Notes: generated from the sequence alone by a model not told the origin. Counted from the first letter of the stretch, positions 32,478-43,755 are shown. The stretch: 64,000 nt of DNA from Alphaproteobacteria bacterium (GCA_965216755.1 CBDCGL010000011.1:1120001-1184000); one strand, 5' to 3'. Made by a program: numbers and translations.

Positions 32478-33311
32478 GGGCTTGTTGAGATTCATCGAGA
32501 ATTGATGACCGCGGCGCATGCGTGAATCATGGAACAAAAGTTACGATCTGTCTTTTCGCAACGCATGGCGACCGCTTTGAATTCCTTGAGCTTCGCAAAG
32601 AAGTTTTCGATCAGGTGGCGCCACTTGTAGATCTCCAGATCAATCTTGAGAGGGGCCAACCTCTGGGGGCGTTGCGAAATGACGATCTGCGCCCCGCGTT
32701 CATTCATCTCTTCGATGATCCAGTTGGAATCGAATGCTTTATCGGCCAGCACTGCGTCGAATTCGATGTCTTCGATTAGCGGCGCAACACCGACCGTATC
32801 GTAACGGTTTCCCGCCAGCAGGACAAAGCGTACGAGATTTCCCAAGCCATCCGTCAGCGCAAGGATTTTGGTGGTCCAGCCTCCCTTCGACTTGCCGATG
32901 GCTTGATTTTGAGTCCCCCTTTTGCGCCGTGTCCGTGGCGGTGGACCGGAACAATGGTGGCGTCGATCATGGCATATTCCATATCAGGGTCATCCGAGAC
33001 CGCGGCAAAGAGGCGTTCGAAAACGCCCGCCTTCGACCAATCGTCAAACCGCTTGAATACCGTGTTCCACTTGCCGAATTCTTCAGGAAGATCGCGCCAA
33101 GGACTGCCCGTCCGCGCCTTCCACAAAACCCCTTCGACAAACAACCGGTTGTTATCACCACTGCGGCCCGGATCAGTCCGCTTGCCTAAGCAATGCGGCT
33201 CCATCTTGGCCCATTGATCGTCTGAAAGTACTGTACGCGTCATCAAAGCCCCCAAAAGGAAGCTTGAATCACAAATACAACACCATGGGAATCCTAATTC
33301 TCAACAAGCCC
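32478..33311 (-). mobile_element. IS5-family (IS427-like) insertion sequence
   Basis: Terminal inverted repeats GGGCTTGTTGAGA / TCTCAACAAGCCC, each flanked by TA within CTAG; two-ORF transposase. Confidence 0.93.
32492..33255 (-). CDS. IS5 transposase expressed by a -1 frameshift
   Basis: OrfA PWRDLP...IDATIV; a shift at AAAAGGGGG gives GKSKGGWTTK...ADKAFD...RHLIENFFAKLK. Confidence 0.9.
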
Positions 33312-33818
33312 TAGAGCGCTTCCCGACCATATTGAATCAATTCTGTTCGCGGCCCGGCGTGGCGGTCCACACGAAGGGCGACGCAGCGCGATGCTCGTGT
33401 CCCGAAACCGCAGTTCGTCACGTCTGACCCCAGGCACCTTAGGAACTTCGGTTTCGTCAGGACACGAGCCGAATATTTGGATCTCGTGCGGTTCACGGAT
33501 CGGACGTTCGCTCTGGTGCTCGATGCTAGATCAAGCGAACGTCCGATCCGCCGCACGCGCGCATCGGGCAAGTCGGCCGACCAATGTGGTCGTCCACATG
33601 GATTCCCATTGCGGGGCGCCCGCCGGGCCGCGAACCCGCAGGGCCGGACACGACGCGACGCGCAGAACCATTCCACCTTGGGTACGAAACCGTATGAGCC
33701 GCCCATAAGCACAGCGTTCAGCACCGCATTTCGGGCGAATTTGTCGAGATTAAATCGAAAATTTCGCGCCGCACTCAACAGCCGTGCAACACGACCTACA
33801 CTTTGAAGGGCGCTATTT

Positions 33819-34874
33819 CTAATCGATCGCCAAGGTGCTCAGCAGCTCCTCGCGCCAGCGTGACAGCACGTCGTCACCTGCGGGTGGCGTGTCCGCAAAG
33901 CGTTGCGTAACTTGGATCGGAACGCCGCGCCGTTCGGCGAGGGCCGTGTCGACCTTTTGCCAGTCGACACCGTCGATGTCCGGTCCGACAGCAGCCGCGA
34001 TCAAATCATGAACATCAACATCCGGCTCGGGGTCAAAGCCCTCGCCTTCCTCAATTTGCCCCGCCTGAGCAATCGTCGGATGCACTTCTATATAGAGCTC
34101 ACCGCGTGCCCAACCGACTTTGATCGGCTCGTCGATCACCCGCACAATGGTCCCCTCGTCCGCCCATTCGAAAAGCGCTTCGACATCCTCGGGATACATG
34201 CGGATACAACCGCGGCTCACCAACCGGCCGATCCCGTCTGGCTTGTTGGTGCCATGGATCAGGTATTGCGGCCAGCCGAGATAGAGGGCGCGATGCCCGA
34301 GTGGATTGTCCGGTCCGGGCGGCACACTACGGCCCAAGCTGGGATCGTCCCTGCGCGCCGACCGCGGCGGGTACCAGATGGGGTCTTCCGCTTTCCTGAC
34401 GACCTTTGTCACACCTAACGGCGTGGCAAAACCGTCCCGTCCGATACCAATCGGAAACGTAATCGGAGCGCCGGCATGATCATAGTAATAGAGCCGTTGC
34501 TCGGCCAGGTTGATCACGATTCCCGATCTAGCGCCGGCCGGAAGGATGTGCCGTGTCGGAATCGTGATCACCGTGCCATCGCCCGGCAACCACGGGTCAA
34601 CCCCCGGATTTGCCGCGACCAGCTCTACATAGCCCACATCTTCGTCACGGGCCATCCGGATCAAGGTGCTGTCCGCATTGGTTTCGAACGTGCGTTCGGC
34701 GCCGATCAGGTCGCCACTCGGGGTTCGTTGGGCCGCCTCCATTTCAGCGCGGCGTCGTTGTTCGGCCAAATCGACGCAACCCGACATGCCGAACAGAACA
34801 ACGAACAGCGCACCATAATGTATGAATTGCGACAGGCGCCCCCGCCAGGCGTCAAGAAACCCAAACTCAATCAC
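33819..34874 (-). CDS. L,D-transpeptidase (ErfK/YcfS type), probable lipoprotein
   Basis: ANPGVDPWLP, INLAEQRL, GPDNPLG, IHGTN, SRGCIRM; MSGC lipobox. Confidence 0.92.
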   Translation of the reverse strand: MIEFGFLDAWRGRLSQFIHYGALFVVLFGMSGCVDLAEQRRRAEMEAAQRTPSGDLIGAERTFETNADSTLIRMARDEDVGYVELVAANPGVDPWLPGDGTVITIPTRHILPAGARSGIVINLAEQRLYYYDHAGAPITFPIGIGRDGFATPLGVTKVVRKAEDPIWYPPRSARRDDPSLGRSVPPGPDNPLGHRALYLGWPQYLIHGTNKPDGIGRLVSRGCIRMYPEDVEALFEWADEGTIVRVIDEPIKVGWARGELYIEVHPTIAQAGQIEEGEGFDPEPDVDVHDLIAAAVGPDIDGVDWQKVDTALAERRGVPIQVTQRFADTPPAGDDVLSRWREELLSTLAID

Positions 34875-35144
34875 TCTGGATCACCCATTGGATGCCATAA
34901 CACTTTGATCCGATGACCATCGGTCCCCACACATCGGTCGCTTGACAAGTCTGCGCCGCAAACGCCATGTGCGCGTTCGAGTCGGCCACGCGCGATCTAC
35001 GTATGAATAATTATGCCACAGGGGCGTTGCGGCGACATCCGACGCCCATTTGCTGGGCCGCGGCACGCGCCGCCGAGGCAAATCCAGGCGATGCCGAAAT
35101 GGTCATCTGACGCTGACCTTGTCGATCGGCGTCATGCGCTCGGA

Positions 35145-36368
35145 TCAAGACAATCTCAGCGGGGCCGGCCCCGTCACCAACATCCGCACCAATTCGGCCT
35201 GCCGTTCCGTGCCCGTCTTGGTAAAGATCCGTTTCAAATGCGTTCTGATGGTGTTGTCCGAAATCCCGAGCAAGCGCGAGATTTCGTCGAGACGACGCCC
35301 CTCGGCCAAGTGCGCCGCAACCCGCGCCTCGGCACCGGTCAGCGTATACAGCCGCATCAAGCGCTCTTTCCGCATCTCCGTCCGCCGTGTCGGGTCGGAG
35401 ACAAAAAGGATGGCGGTTGGCCGATCAATCGACAGGGCCTCTGTGCGTGACCGAACCGGTGAAATCACGACAGACAGTGGCTTTTGTCCAGACTGGCGGG
35501 TGACTGACAGAAATGCGCGCGCTTCGCCCGCGCGTCCATTGCTCCCCGCGGCGGAGGCAATAAAGTCATGAAATCGTTGGCGTTCATCGGCTTCGACCAC
35601 ATCCACCCGATCGCCATCTAGACACAAACCGTCGCCGGCGCTCAGGATCTCTCTGGCCGCATCATTCTCGTGTAATATGCGACCGCCGCGCGCCACAATA
35701 ATTACCCCGATCGGCAGCGCGTTGACGCTCTCCTCTGCCGTTTCCTGCATCGCAACGGTGCGCCCGAACCGGCGCCACACTTTGAAGCTTCTCTGCACAT
35801 GTGGGACAAGACGACGAAACTGCGCAATTTCTTCGGGACGAAATGCGCCGGCCGCCGGCACCCGGCGTAGGCCCAAATAAAACACCATCGGCCCGTCACA
35901 ATCCAAGACGCCGCGCATGCTGTGAAATACGAACGGCGACTGCACCTCGGTCACCGCCGGGTGATCGCTCGCTTGCTCCGGGTCAGCCAGAATTTCGCGA
36001 CCGGTCCAAATTTGGCCGGGCCGATTGAACAAGGGCGAATGATTTCGATCCATTGTGATATTTGGGTGCTGCGATAGCCATCGCGACACAGCGTCATTCG
36101 CGCCACACGAAATCTCTTGTCGGCCCACGTCGGTCGCAATGTCGTATGATGCGATCGCACACGAATTGCCGTGAAAATTTGTTCGTACGGCCTGCAAGGT
36201 CTTCGACCAATGCTTGCCGTCCAGCGTGGCGTCGTAAACGTTCTCGATAAGACCGAGCATCGAGTCGTCGCCCAAGTCCGCTCTGGGGCCCACCTCGGCG
36301 TCCTCCCACATTTTCGTCCCAGCGGCGTTCCATCGGTCCGTCGTCCCACCGGCACCGATCGTCGCCAT
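35145..36368 (-). CDS. LuxR-type HTH regulator with GAF/PAS-like N-terminal region
   Basis: LTGAEARVA...TIRTHLKRIFTKTGTERQAELV; start uncertain. Confidence 0.88.
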   Translation of the reverse strand: MATIGAGGTTDRWNAAGTKMWEDAEVGPRADLGDDSMLGLIENVYDATLDGKHWSKTLQAVRTNFHGNSCAIASYDIATDVGRQEISCGANDAVSRWLSQHPNITMDRNHSPLFNRPGQIWTGREILADPEQASDHPAVTEVQSPFVFHSMRGVLDCDGPMVFYLGLRRVPAAGAFRPEEIAQFRRLVPHVQRSFKVWRRFGRTVAMQETAEESVNALPIGVIIVARGGRILHENDAAREILSAGDGLCLDGDRVDVVEADERQRFHDFIASAAGSNGRAGEARAFLSVTRQSGQKPLSVVISPVRSRTEALSIDRPTAILFVSDPTRRTEMRKERLMRLYTLTGAEARVAAHLAEGRRLDEISRLLGISDNTIRTHLKRIFTKTGTERQAELVRMLVTGPAPLRLS

Positions 36369-36663
36369 ATTGTGCAACCCTCGCCGCTCTGACCGCAATA
36401 AGCGATTGCTCTTAGTTATGCTCACAAGTTTGCGTCAAATGCGGTACTTGTCACCGACCTTCAGATGCGACACGGGTGATCCCTTTTGACAATTGAAGTT
36501 CATACGAAGTTGCTAACAAGTCATGTGATAAGTTTGAGACGCTTTGTATACTTCGGTATTCTCGTTTTTTAATTCGTTGGTGTCCCAAACTTCTGGTTTT
36601 CGTATATAAGTTCTGAGTTCACATAATCGGAATGATGTTGTACCGACCGCTTGAGGCTACATC

Positions 36664-37449
36664 GTGGGATTAGCCAGCTGGCTGCGCCTCAACGGCGCGC
36701 GTAAGTCTGACGCACATATAACGCGGCAGATGCCGCCTGAATGTTGCCTTTATGCCATCGGCGACGTTCATGGCCGATCCGATCTATTGGCCAATATTAT
36801 CCGCCAAATTCAAGACGATCAGAGTCGCTTACCGGAGAACTACCGGCGCATCGTCGTGTACTTGGGCGATTATGTCGACCGTGGTCTGGATAGCCGCGGC
36901 GTTATCGATCTCATTCTGTCCGACCCATTGCCTGGCTTTGAAACGGTATTTCTGAAAGGCAATCACGAGGATTCAATGCTGCGGTTTCTGGATGATCCGG
37001 AGACCGGGCATCACTGGCTATCCATCGGCGGCAAAGCGACCGTCATGAGCTACGACGTGCGCGTGCCGCGCGATCTGCCGTCTTCCAAATGGCTGGACCA
37101 TTTATGGCGCGGATTGAGCAACAACTTGCCTGATAAACACCTGGATTTTCTGAAGAATCTGCGGATGTCTTATATCTGTGGTGACTACATATTTGTGCAC
37201 GCGGGATTGCGGCCAAATCAGTCGATCGACAGTCAATCACCGGAAGACGTGCTGTGGATTCGGGACGAGTTTCTAGGCTCGTCGGCGGAATGGGGCAAGC
37301 TCGTGGTGCACGGCCACACGCCCATGGAGCGGCCCCAAGTTCGAAACAATCGCATCAGCATCGACACCGGCGCGTTTGCCTCCAACACGCTAACCTGCCT
37401 CGTCCTTGAAGGCGCGACCAATCGATTTCTCGCCACCGGCGCAGACTAA
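36664..37449 (+). CDS. PPP-family metallophosphoesterase (Ser/Thr protein phosphatase-like)
   Basis: GDVHG, GDYVDRG, GNHE, VHAG, HGHT, IDTGA. Confidence 0.93.
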   Translation: MGLASWLRLNGARKSDAHITRQMPPECCLYAIGDVHGRSDLLANIIRQIQDDQSRLPENYRRIVVYLGDYVDRGLDSRGVIDLILSDPLPGFETVFLKGNHEDSMLRFLDDPETGHHWLSIGGKATVMSYDVRVPRDLPSSKWLDHLWRGLSNNLPDKHLDFLKNLRMSYICGDYIFVHAGLRPNQSIDSQSPEDVLWIRDEFLGSSAEWGKLVVHGHTPMERPQVRNNRISIDTGAFASNTLTCLVLEGATNRFLATGAD

Positions 37450-37486
37450 TCGCAACTTTGGCACGTCACGGTTGGCGGCGGTTGGC

Positions 37487-39052
37487 TCATTCAATCACCA
37501 ATTTGACCCGCTGTCCGGTCTTGAGCTCTTCGGTCTCATCCAAACCATTTAGCGTCCGAAATCGGGCCTCCTTGAAATCGTCGAAAGCCATCCGCGCCGC
37601 CAAGTCGGCCACGGTCACACCTGATCCTACTCGCACCACGCGCAGGCGTAGAGGCTTGAATTGGGACGCTTCCTGCGTGCTGAGCTTGCGAAAACTATAA
37701 GTCGTCCGACGCAAGTCCTCCTGCACTTCGGCAGCCTTGGCCGCCGGCGTCAAGAACGCCATGCGGTAGACCGTATCGGCGTCATAGCGATACACAACAA
37801 GCCGCAGGCGCGCTTCACCGGCTTTGGTCTGCAGGTCCGACTCTCCTGTTACGGCGGCCATGCCGTTGACCGTGATTCGTTCGACGTTGCGCATCTCGAC
37901 GTCCGCCGCCCATTCATTGACCATGTAGTCGGTGATATCACCTCTGGTTTCCGGCGGTGCCCGGTCGAAGACCATCAGCGCGCCGTCGGGGCGCCGGGCC
38001 GAGACTTGCCGCGCACTGTTGTACAAACGGTAGTCAGGTGGCGCGACAAATTGAAAGCGCAGTACCGGGTGGGCGAATACCTGCCCCCGAATCAGACCTT
38101 GTTCGGGATTGTCGCCGTACAACAAGCCGTCGATTTGATCGAGGTACGAATCGCGCTCGACCACCGGATCGGGAACGTTCGCCGTACCGGCTGCGGCGAT
38201 CGCCCGATTCACACGATCGATTGTACGCGGATGCGTCTGCATGATGTTGAATTGATCGGCGGCGCCCGGTTTGCCGGCCAGCTCGGCTTCGAGTTGCGAA
38301 TGGGCAAGAAGTTTGGCCAGAAATGACGACATCGCGACCGGCTGATAGCTGCCGCGCGAAAGGTACCGAACCCCGAGCTGATCGGCCTGGAATTCCTGAT
38401 CCCGCGAGTAGCTCTGTAGATATAGCGCGCCGCCGGCACTCGCCATCTTCGCGATATCGCCGCTACCGGTCGCGACGCCCAACGCGACCGCGCCAATATT
38501 TGCAAGCACGGCACGGCTGTACCGCTGCGCCGTATGGCGGGCGGTTACATGACCGATCTCATGAGCCACCACACTGGCGACTTCCGCCTCACTTTCAGCC
38601 AATGCCAATAACCCACGCGTGATTGAGACATACCCGCCAGGCAACGCAAAGGCATTGACCACAGGTGAATCGATGACCGTGAAGGTGAACCCCAAATCGG
38701 GCATCTCGGACGTGCGGGCCAGAAGCTGGCCGATGTTGTTGACGTAGTCTTGAATTGCCTGATCGTCGTATGCACCACCAAACTCATTGACGAGTTTAGG
38801 AAATTCGGACTCGCCGACCTGCTTCTCCTGTTCCGGCGACATGAACGCCGTGAAGCTTCTTTCTCCAGTCGCCGGATTGACGGCGCAACCCGCCACCAAG
38901 ATCATCGCCGGGATCGTCCAAACGGCAACGCTTCCGCGCCAGACACCTAAAGCCCGGACGGGCCGACGCCATCTTCGCACGATCCATCCCAGCAAGGATT
39001 CCGTGCCGCAGCGTTTCGCTTCGATCGCTATCTTTGGGTTGGCCATATTCAT
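37487..39052 (-). CDS. M48 metalloprotease lipoprotein with C-terminal LysM-like domain
   Basis: LVAGC lipobox, NAFALPGG, HEIGH, YSRDQEFQAD, THP; start uncertain. Confidence 0.9.
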   Translation of the reverse strand: MNMANPKIAIEAKRCGTESLLGWIVRRWRRPVRALGVWRGSVAVWTIPAMILVAGCAVNPATGERSFTAFMSPEQEKQVGESEFPKLVNEFGGAYDDQAIQDYVNNIGQLLARTSEMPDLGFTFTVIDSPVVNAFALPGGYVSITRGLLALAESEAEVASVVAHEIGHVTARHTAQRYSRAVLANIGAVALGVATGSGDIAKMASAGGALYLQSYSRDQEFQADQLGVRYLSRGSYQPVAMSSFLAKLLAHSQLEAELAGKPGAADQFNIMQTHPRTIDRVNRAIAAAGTANVPDPVVERDSYLDQIDGLLYGDNPEQGLIRGQVFAHPVLRFQFVAPPDYRLYNSARQVSARRPDGALMVFDRAPPETRGDITDYMVNEWAADVEMRNVERITVNGMAAVTGESDLQTKAGEARLRLVVYRYDADTVYRMAFLTPAAKAAEVQEDLRRTTYSFRKLSTQEASQFKPLRLRVVRVGSGVTVADLAARMAFDDFKEARFRTLNGLDETEELKTGQRVKLVIE

Positions 39053-39266
39053 CCCCGATCCACCCCGCAAGGCTATCCCAATGGTCCGTGTCAACGGGCT
39101 ACGCCCACATTGCAACATCTCAACATTGTGCTCCAGACATGCACCACGACAATGGCTTTGTCGACCCGAACGAGTCGAATTCGTGCAGCCGGCCTCCATT
39201 CTCTTGGGGCCAACGACGACGTCTACATATGCGTTGGGGTCAGACCCGGACCGGCGAAGCCGGGCC

Positions 39267-42200
39267 CTACTGCGTCGTCGCCTGCTCGACCAGCGCGACG
39301 ACTTCGCCATGGCCCTGCCGTCGGGCGACTGTCAGTGCCGTGTCACCGCCGGCACTTCGCACGGTCGTATCCGCACCCCAGGACATCAGCTCTTGGACAA
39401 TCGGGGCGTTTCCGTTCCACGCCGCCTTCATCAGTGCGGTCCAACCGTCCCGCGTCTTGGCATTGACCGACGCGCCACCACGTAGCAAGGATTGAACAAC
39501 CGTCGGGTGATTGTTCTCGGCGGCGTGCATCAACGCCGTGCCACCGGTTCGATCTTTGACGTTCGCGTCGGCACCCCATTTGAGCAGGGCTTCGACAATT
39601 TCCGAATGGCCGTTCCACGCGGCCGCAGCCAAAGCCGTGGAGCCGTTTCGACTGACGGTGTTGATGTCCGCGCCGGCCGCCAACAATCGCCGCACCACCG
39701 GCGTATGACCATTGATTGCCGCGTACATGATCGCCGACCAGCCATCGACGTTCTTAAGATTTGCCTCCGCCTGATTGGCCAGCATCGCTTGGACAATATC
39801 GGTGAAGCCGCGCCACGACGCTAACATGAGCGCCGTTTCACCTTGCTCGTTCGACGCATCAGTGTCGGCGCCGCCATTGAGCAGCGCCTTGACCACATCG
39901 CTGTGGCCTGAATCTGCGGCGACGATCAGGGCCGTCGATCGCGTTGAGTCTTGCGATTCAATCCAGGCCCCGCGTTCCAGCAGGGCCCGAACCACGCCCT
40001 GATGCCCCTGGGCGGCAGCATAGATCAAAGGTGTACGGCCCCTTTGATCGCGAAAGTTCGCACTGATCCCGCCATCTATCACGGACAACACCGCGTCACG
40101 TCGCCCGGCACGCGCGTATTCCATGAGAGCCTCGCCACTGGCCACGAGCTGTTGACCGCCGGCTTCACCACGGTCGTCTTCCGCAGCTTGGTCTCCGTCA
40201 TCAATATCAGTGACTTGAGGACCACCATCACGAGTCGGACGATCCGTCGCGTTGCGCTCGGCGTTCGCGGCGGCCTCCAAGAGAGCGTTCATTGCCGCAT
40301 CCGCCGCCGAGGTCACATCGTCGGCGGCCGACTCCGTATCATCTGTTTCATTGGCATTTGCCACGTTTAACCCAAACGCCCCCAGCGAGGGCGACGTTTC
40401 GTCTTCCGCCGGCGATTGCGCCTCGGTGTCGGTATCTGCATCTGGTTCTGTCGCGTTACGCGTGACAGTCTCGGCCATTACGTCCGCGGGTTGGTCACGA
40501 TCCGCACTTGCAGTGACATCGCCGCCGAACGGCAACTCCGACGTATCGCCTGAACCCGCCGTCGCCGCCGCGGCAATCTCCGGGCTGGGCGAGATCTCGG
40601 ACGCAGCGGCGCCACCTGTCGGCGCCAATACCTCCAGCTGCGCCTCCAGCGCAGTTATTTCAGTTTCCAGCGACCGAATTTTGTTCTGACTTTCGCGCTC
40701 GGCACTGGCACCGGCAATTTCCAAAGCGGTCACTTTGACCCGAAGGTCGTCCATGCGGGATTCCTGCAGATCCACCGTGGTCGTCAGGCGTTCGCGCTCG
40801 TCGCGCAACTCTGCCAGCTGGTTCTGCAATTGCTCAGATTCCGTCGAATCTTCTGCGCGCAACGCGTCGACCGAGCTCAGCGCCTCGTCGCGCACGGCCT
40901 CAGCGGTCGCAAGATCTTCGGTGATCTTGTCACGCTCCGCCTCCAGCGCTTCAACCTCTGTCTTTAGCGCTTCAATATCGCCTTCAGCCTTGGCCAGCGC
41001 ATCGAGACGAGCTTGCATCGTCGCCTCGGACTCAGACGTCAGATCCGCAAGTTGCCTCGACAACGCATCGCGTTCATCGGTCAAGCTGCCAACGGTCTCA
41101 CGCAATTGCGACACTTCCGTCGTCGCCGCGTTCTCTGAATCCTGAAGCTTGACCGAAATCGTCTCAACTTCTGCCGTGAGGGTGGTGACCTCCGCAGCCA
41201 ACGAGTCCCGCTCCCTTGTCAAGGCATCCGCCGCCGCGGCCGTCTCTGTCTCCAGGCCAGCCATTGTTTCAACGAGTCCATCGCGTTCTTGGGACACCTC
41301 CTCGAGCTGCGCCGTTAGAGTTTCAACTTCCGATTGAGCGACCGACAAAGCCTCTGAATCAGTGGCTTCACGCGCCTCTTTTTCAGCTTCAAGATCCGCG
41401 ATCCGGCCGGCGTTGCCGGCCGCCTCTTCCGTGAGGGCCGCAATTTGGGTCTCTAATTCCTGCACACGCGCTTCGGCCTCTGTTGCGAGGCCTTGCCGCG
41501 CGGCCGTGGCATCTTCAAGGGCTTGGTCAAGCTCGGCCACGCGCGTTTGCAATGCGTCGCGCTCGTCGCTCAGGGCGTCCCGTTCGCCACGCAGTTCGTC
41601 CGCATCCGTGCGGGCACGCTCGTAAGCCGATCGCGCGTCGGAGAGGACACTTTCCTGACCCTCGCGGGAGGCAGACAGCTCTTCTTCGAGCCGGTCGCCG
41701 GTCGCGTTCGCGGTCGCCAAGTCTGTTTCCAAAGCAGTGACTTTTTCGGTCAAACTGTCGATCTGTTCCTGGTAATCAGCCCGCAATTCCTCGGTCGCGG
41801 TTTCGGCGATCGCCACTTCGGAAATCAACGAGTCCCGCTCGCCGCTCGCACGATCTAGCGCGGCGGCCAACTGGTCGCGATTTGCCGTGAGGCGCGAGAC
41901 TTGCTGATTGAGCTCTTGGGCACGCTGCCCAGACTCCGCCGTCCCCGCCACCGCGACGTCATCCTTCAATGCCGCGACTTGGTTTTCCAATTTTGTGGCG
42001 CGTCGCGCGAGTTGATCGAACTCCCAGTTCCTCGATGCCAACTGACGGCGAAGACCGTTTCGCTGCTCCGTCACCGCCGCCATGGATTCAGCGATTTCGG
42101 CACGAACTTTGTCCGCCAATCGCGACTCCCAATAAGGCTTGGCCACCAAATAGGTCGCGCCGAAAATCACGGATATTGCCGCCGCGATACCGAGTGCTGC

Positions 42201-43586
42201 GCCAAATCGCCCTCCGAACACGCGACGATCTTCGCTATCAAGCGGCGGCAACGCGCGCGACGGCACCTCGATGTTGGCGGTTTCTCGTGGGCCGGCGCCT
42301 TGCGCCGCCGGCAGGCCTGTTGGCCCAGACGCCGCGGTGTTTTCGCCCTCGGCGGCCTTCTCGCTTGCGTGCGGGACAACGCTTAGCGCCGGCCGATCGG
42401 CAACCAGTCGTGGCGCGGTTTCCTCCGGTTCCTCCGGCACATCACGATCGACGGGCGTGATCGGAACGATGTTTGTCCCGCTTTGCGCGGACTTGCCCAT
42501 CACGCCGGCGCGGTCGGTTCGATCGACCGCGGCGGCCCGCTTGCCAGTGCGGTCGTCCCCGCGATTTGCGTCCTCCGGCCCATGATGCTTTGCTTTGCCT
42601 TCGACGACCGCGCGAACGGCTGCCATAACCTCGTCATCCGGGTTCGGCTTGGCGCTGTCCGCCGCGCTCGCCGCAACCCCGTCTGACGCGTCAGGCGGCC
42701 CAATGACGACAAATGGACCATCTTTCCAATGCTTTGGTGCCGCTTTGTCACGCTTTGCTTGCGCCAATATCCCCTTTATTTCGGGGTCGGCCACGGCCGC
42801 ATCGACAGCGCGGGCAAGGACAGTCCTTCGCCCCTCCTTTTTTGTTACGTCCAGCGCTCTATCGCAAACCGCGTTGATGACCCGCGGCACGCCCTTGGTA
42901 TGACGCGCAATCCGATTCAGCGCTGCGGGAACGAAAAGATCGTCATTGCGGCTGCCCGCAGAGCGCAACCGATTGGCAACATACGGACCAACGTCGTAGG
43001 GGGAAAATCGCGACAGCCCACAATGCAGAACCAGCTGGCCCTTTAGCGCCACAAGCCCAGGTTGGTCAAGCCGATCGGGAAACTCGAGCTCCGCAAACAG
43101 GACCACCTGCAAGACGGCGCTACCATCGATGGGATTCCTCGCCAACTCGCCCAACTTGGCCAGTACATCGTCTGAAAGCTTGTGTGCCTCATCGATAAGG
43201 ACCGCCGCCGTACGGCCAGTTTCGGCATGGCGAACCAGCGCGTCTGAGAGGGCTCGCATACGCCCGCTGGCGTCGCCTGGTGGTATGCGCAATCCGAGTT
43301 TCTCACCAAGGAGATCAACAAATTCGTCGAATTCGAATGTCGTGTGGCAGAACGTCGCCAGATCCACCGCACCGCCCAGATCGCGCATCAGTTTCATCAG
43401 CAAAGTTGTCTTGCCGACGCCTTGGCGGCCGACGATCAGAATTGACCCGCGACGCCCACAAATGCTGGCGATCACGCGTTCATAAGTCTTGCGGTACGAC
43501 GCGTTCGAATAGAACGACCCGCCGTCCGGCATCAGCCGGAACGGGCTTTCCGTGAAACCGAAATATTCGTTGTAATTGGCGCTCAT
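39267..43586 (-). CDS. ExeA/GspA-like AAA ATPase + TM + long coiled coil + ankyrin repeats
   Basis: YFGFTESPF, GRQGVGKTT, LIDEAH, GVPRVINAVCD; one TM; about nine C-terminal ankyrin repeats. Confidence 0.9.
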   Translation of the reverse strand: MSANYNEYFGFTESPFRLMPDGGSFYSNASYRKTYERVIASICGRRGSILIVGRQGVGKTTLLMKLMRDLGGAVDLATFCHTTFEFDEFVDLLGEKLGLRIPPGDASGRMRALSDALVRHAETGRTAAVLIDEAHKLSDDVLAKLGELARNPIDGSAVLQVVLFAELEFPDRLDQPGLVALKGQLVLHCGLSRFSPYDVGPYVANRLRSAGSRNDDLFVPAALNRIARHTKGVPRVINAVCDRALDVTKKEGRRTVLARAVDAAVADPEIKGILAQAKRDKAAPKHWKDGPFVVIGPPDASDGVAASAADSAKPNPDDEVMAAVRAVVEGKAKHHGPEDANRGDDRTGKRAAAVDRTDRAGVMGKSAQSGTNIVPITPVDRDVPEEPEETAPRLVADRPALSVVPHASEKAAEGENTAASGPTGLPAAQGAGPRETANIEVPSRALPPLDSEDRRVFGGRFGAALGIAAAISVIFGATYLVAKPYWESRLADKVRAEIAESMAAVTEQRNGLRRQLASRNWEFDQLARRATKLENQVAALKDDVAVAGTAESGQRAQELNQQVSRLTANRDQLAAALDRASGERDSLISEVAIAETATEELRADYQEQIDSLTEKVTALETDLATANATGDRLEEELSASREGQESVLSDARSAYERARTDADELRGERDALSDERDALQTRVAELDQALEDATAARQGLATEAEARVQELETQIAALTEEAAGNAGRIADLEAEKEAREATDSEALSVAQSEVETLTAQLEEVSQERDGLVETMAGLETETAAAADALTRERDSLAAEVTTLTAEVETISVKLQDSENAATTEVSQLRETVGSLTDERDALSRQLADLTSESEATMQARLDALAKAEGDIEALKTEVEALEAERDKITEDLATAEAVRDEALSSVDALRAEDSTESEQLQNQLAELRDERERLTTTVDLQESRMDDLRVKVTALEIAGASAERESQNKIRSLETEITALEAQLEVLAPTGGAAASEISPSPEIAAAATAGSGDTSELPFGGDVTASADRDQPADVMAETVTRNATEPDADTDTEAQSPAEDETSPSLGAFGLNVANANETDDTESAADDVTSAADAAMNALLEAAANAERNATDRPTRDGGPQVTDIDDGDQAAEDDRGEAGGQQLVASGEALMEYARAGRRDAVLSVIDGGISANFRDQRGRTPLIYAAAQGHQGVVRALLERGAWIESQDSTRSTALIVAADSGHSDVVKALLNGGADTDASNEQGETALMLASWRGFTDIVQAMLANQAEANLKNVDGWSAIMYAAINGHTPVVRRLLAAGADINTVSRNGSTALAAAAWNGHSEIVEALLKWGADANVKDRTGGTALMHAAENNHPTVVQSLLRGGASVNAKTRDGWTALMKAAWNGNAPIVQELMSWGADTTVRSAGGDTALTVARRQGHGEVVALVEQATTQ

Positions 43587-43755
43587 CTTGCGCTGCAGCC
43601 TTTTTTTATTCTGCCTGTAGGCTGTCTTCGATCCGACCCAATCAGCCCGGCCATTTTGCTGGAAACGCCTCCAAAACTCAAACCTCGGCTATCTTTTGTT
43701 TGGTTTCATATTTGAAACTCGCGTCGCCAAGATTCGCATACTCTTGATCAGTTTT

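Noticed and set aside
32845-32930. Transposase frameshift as a sign of pseudogenisation
   Set aside because: The AAAAGGGGG -1 shift is usual for this IS5 subgroup and restores conserved residues.
39267-40140. Repeated DNA with ~99-bp period
   Set aside because: Explained by ankyrin coding repeats; not a CRISPR array. No CRISPR, tRNA or rRNA was recognised in the window.
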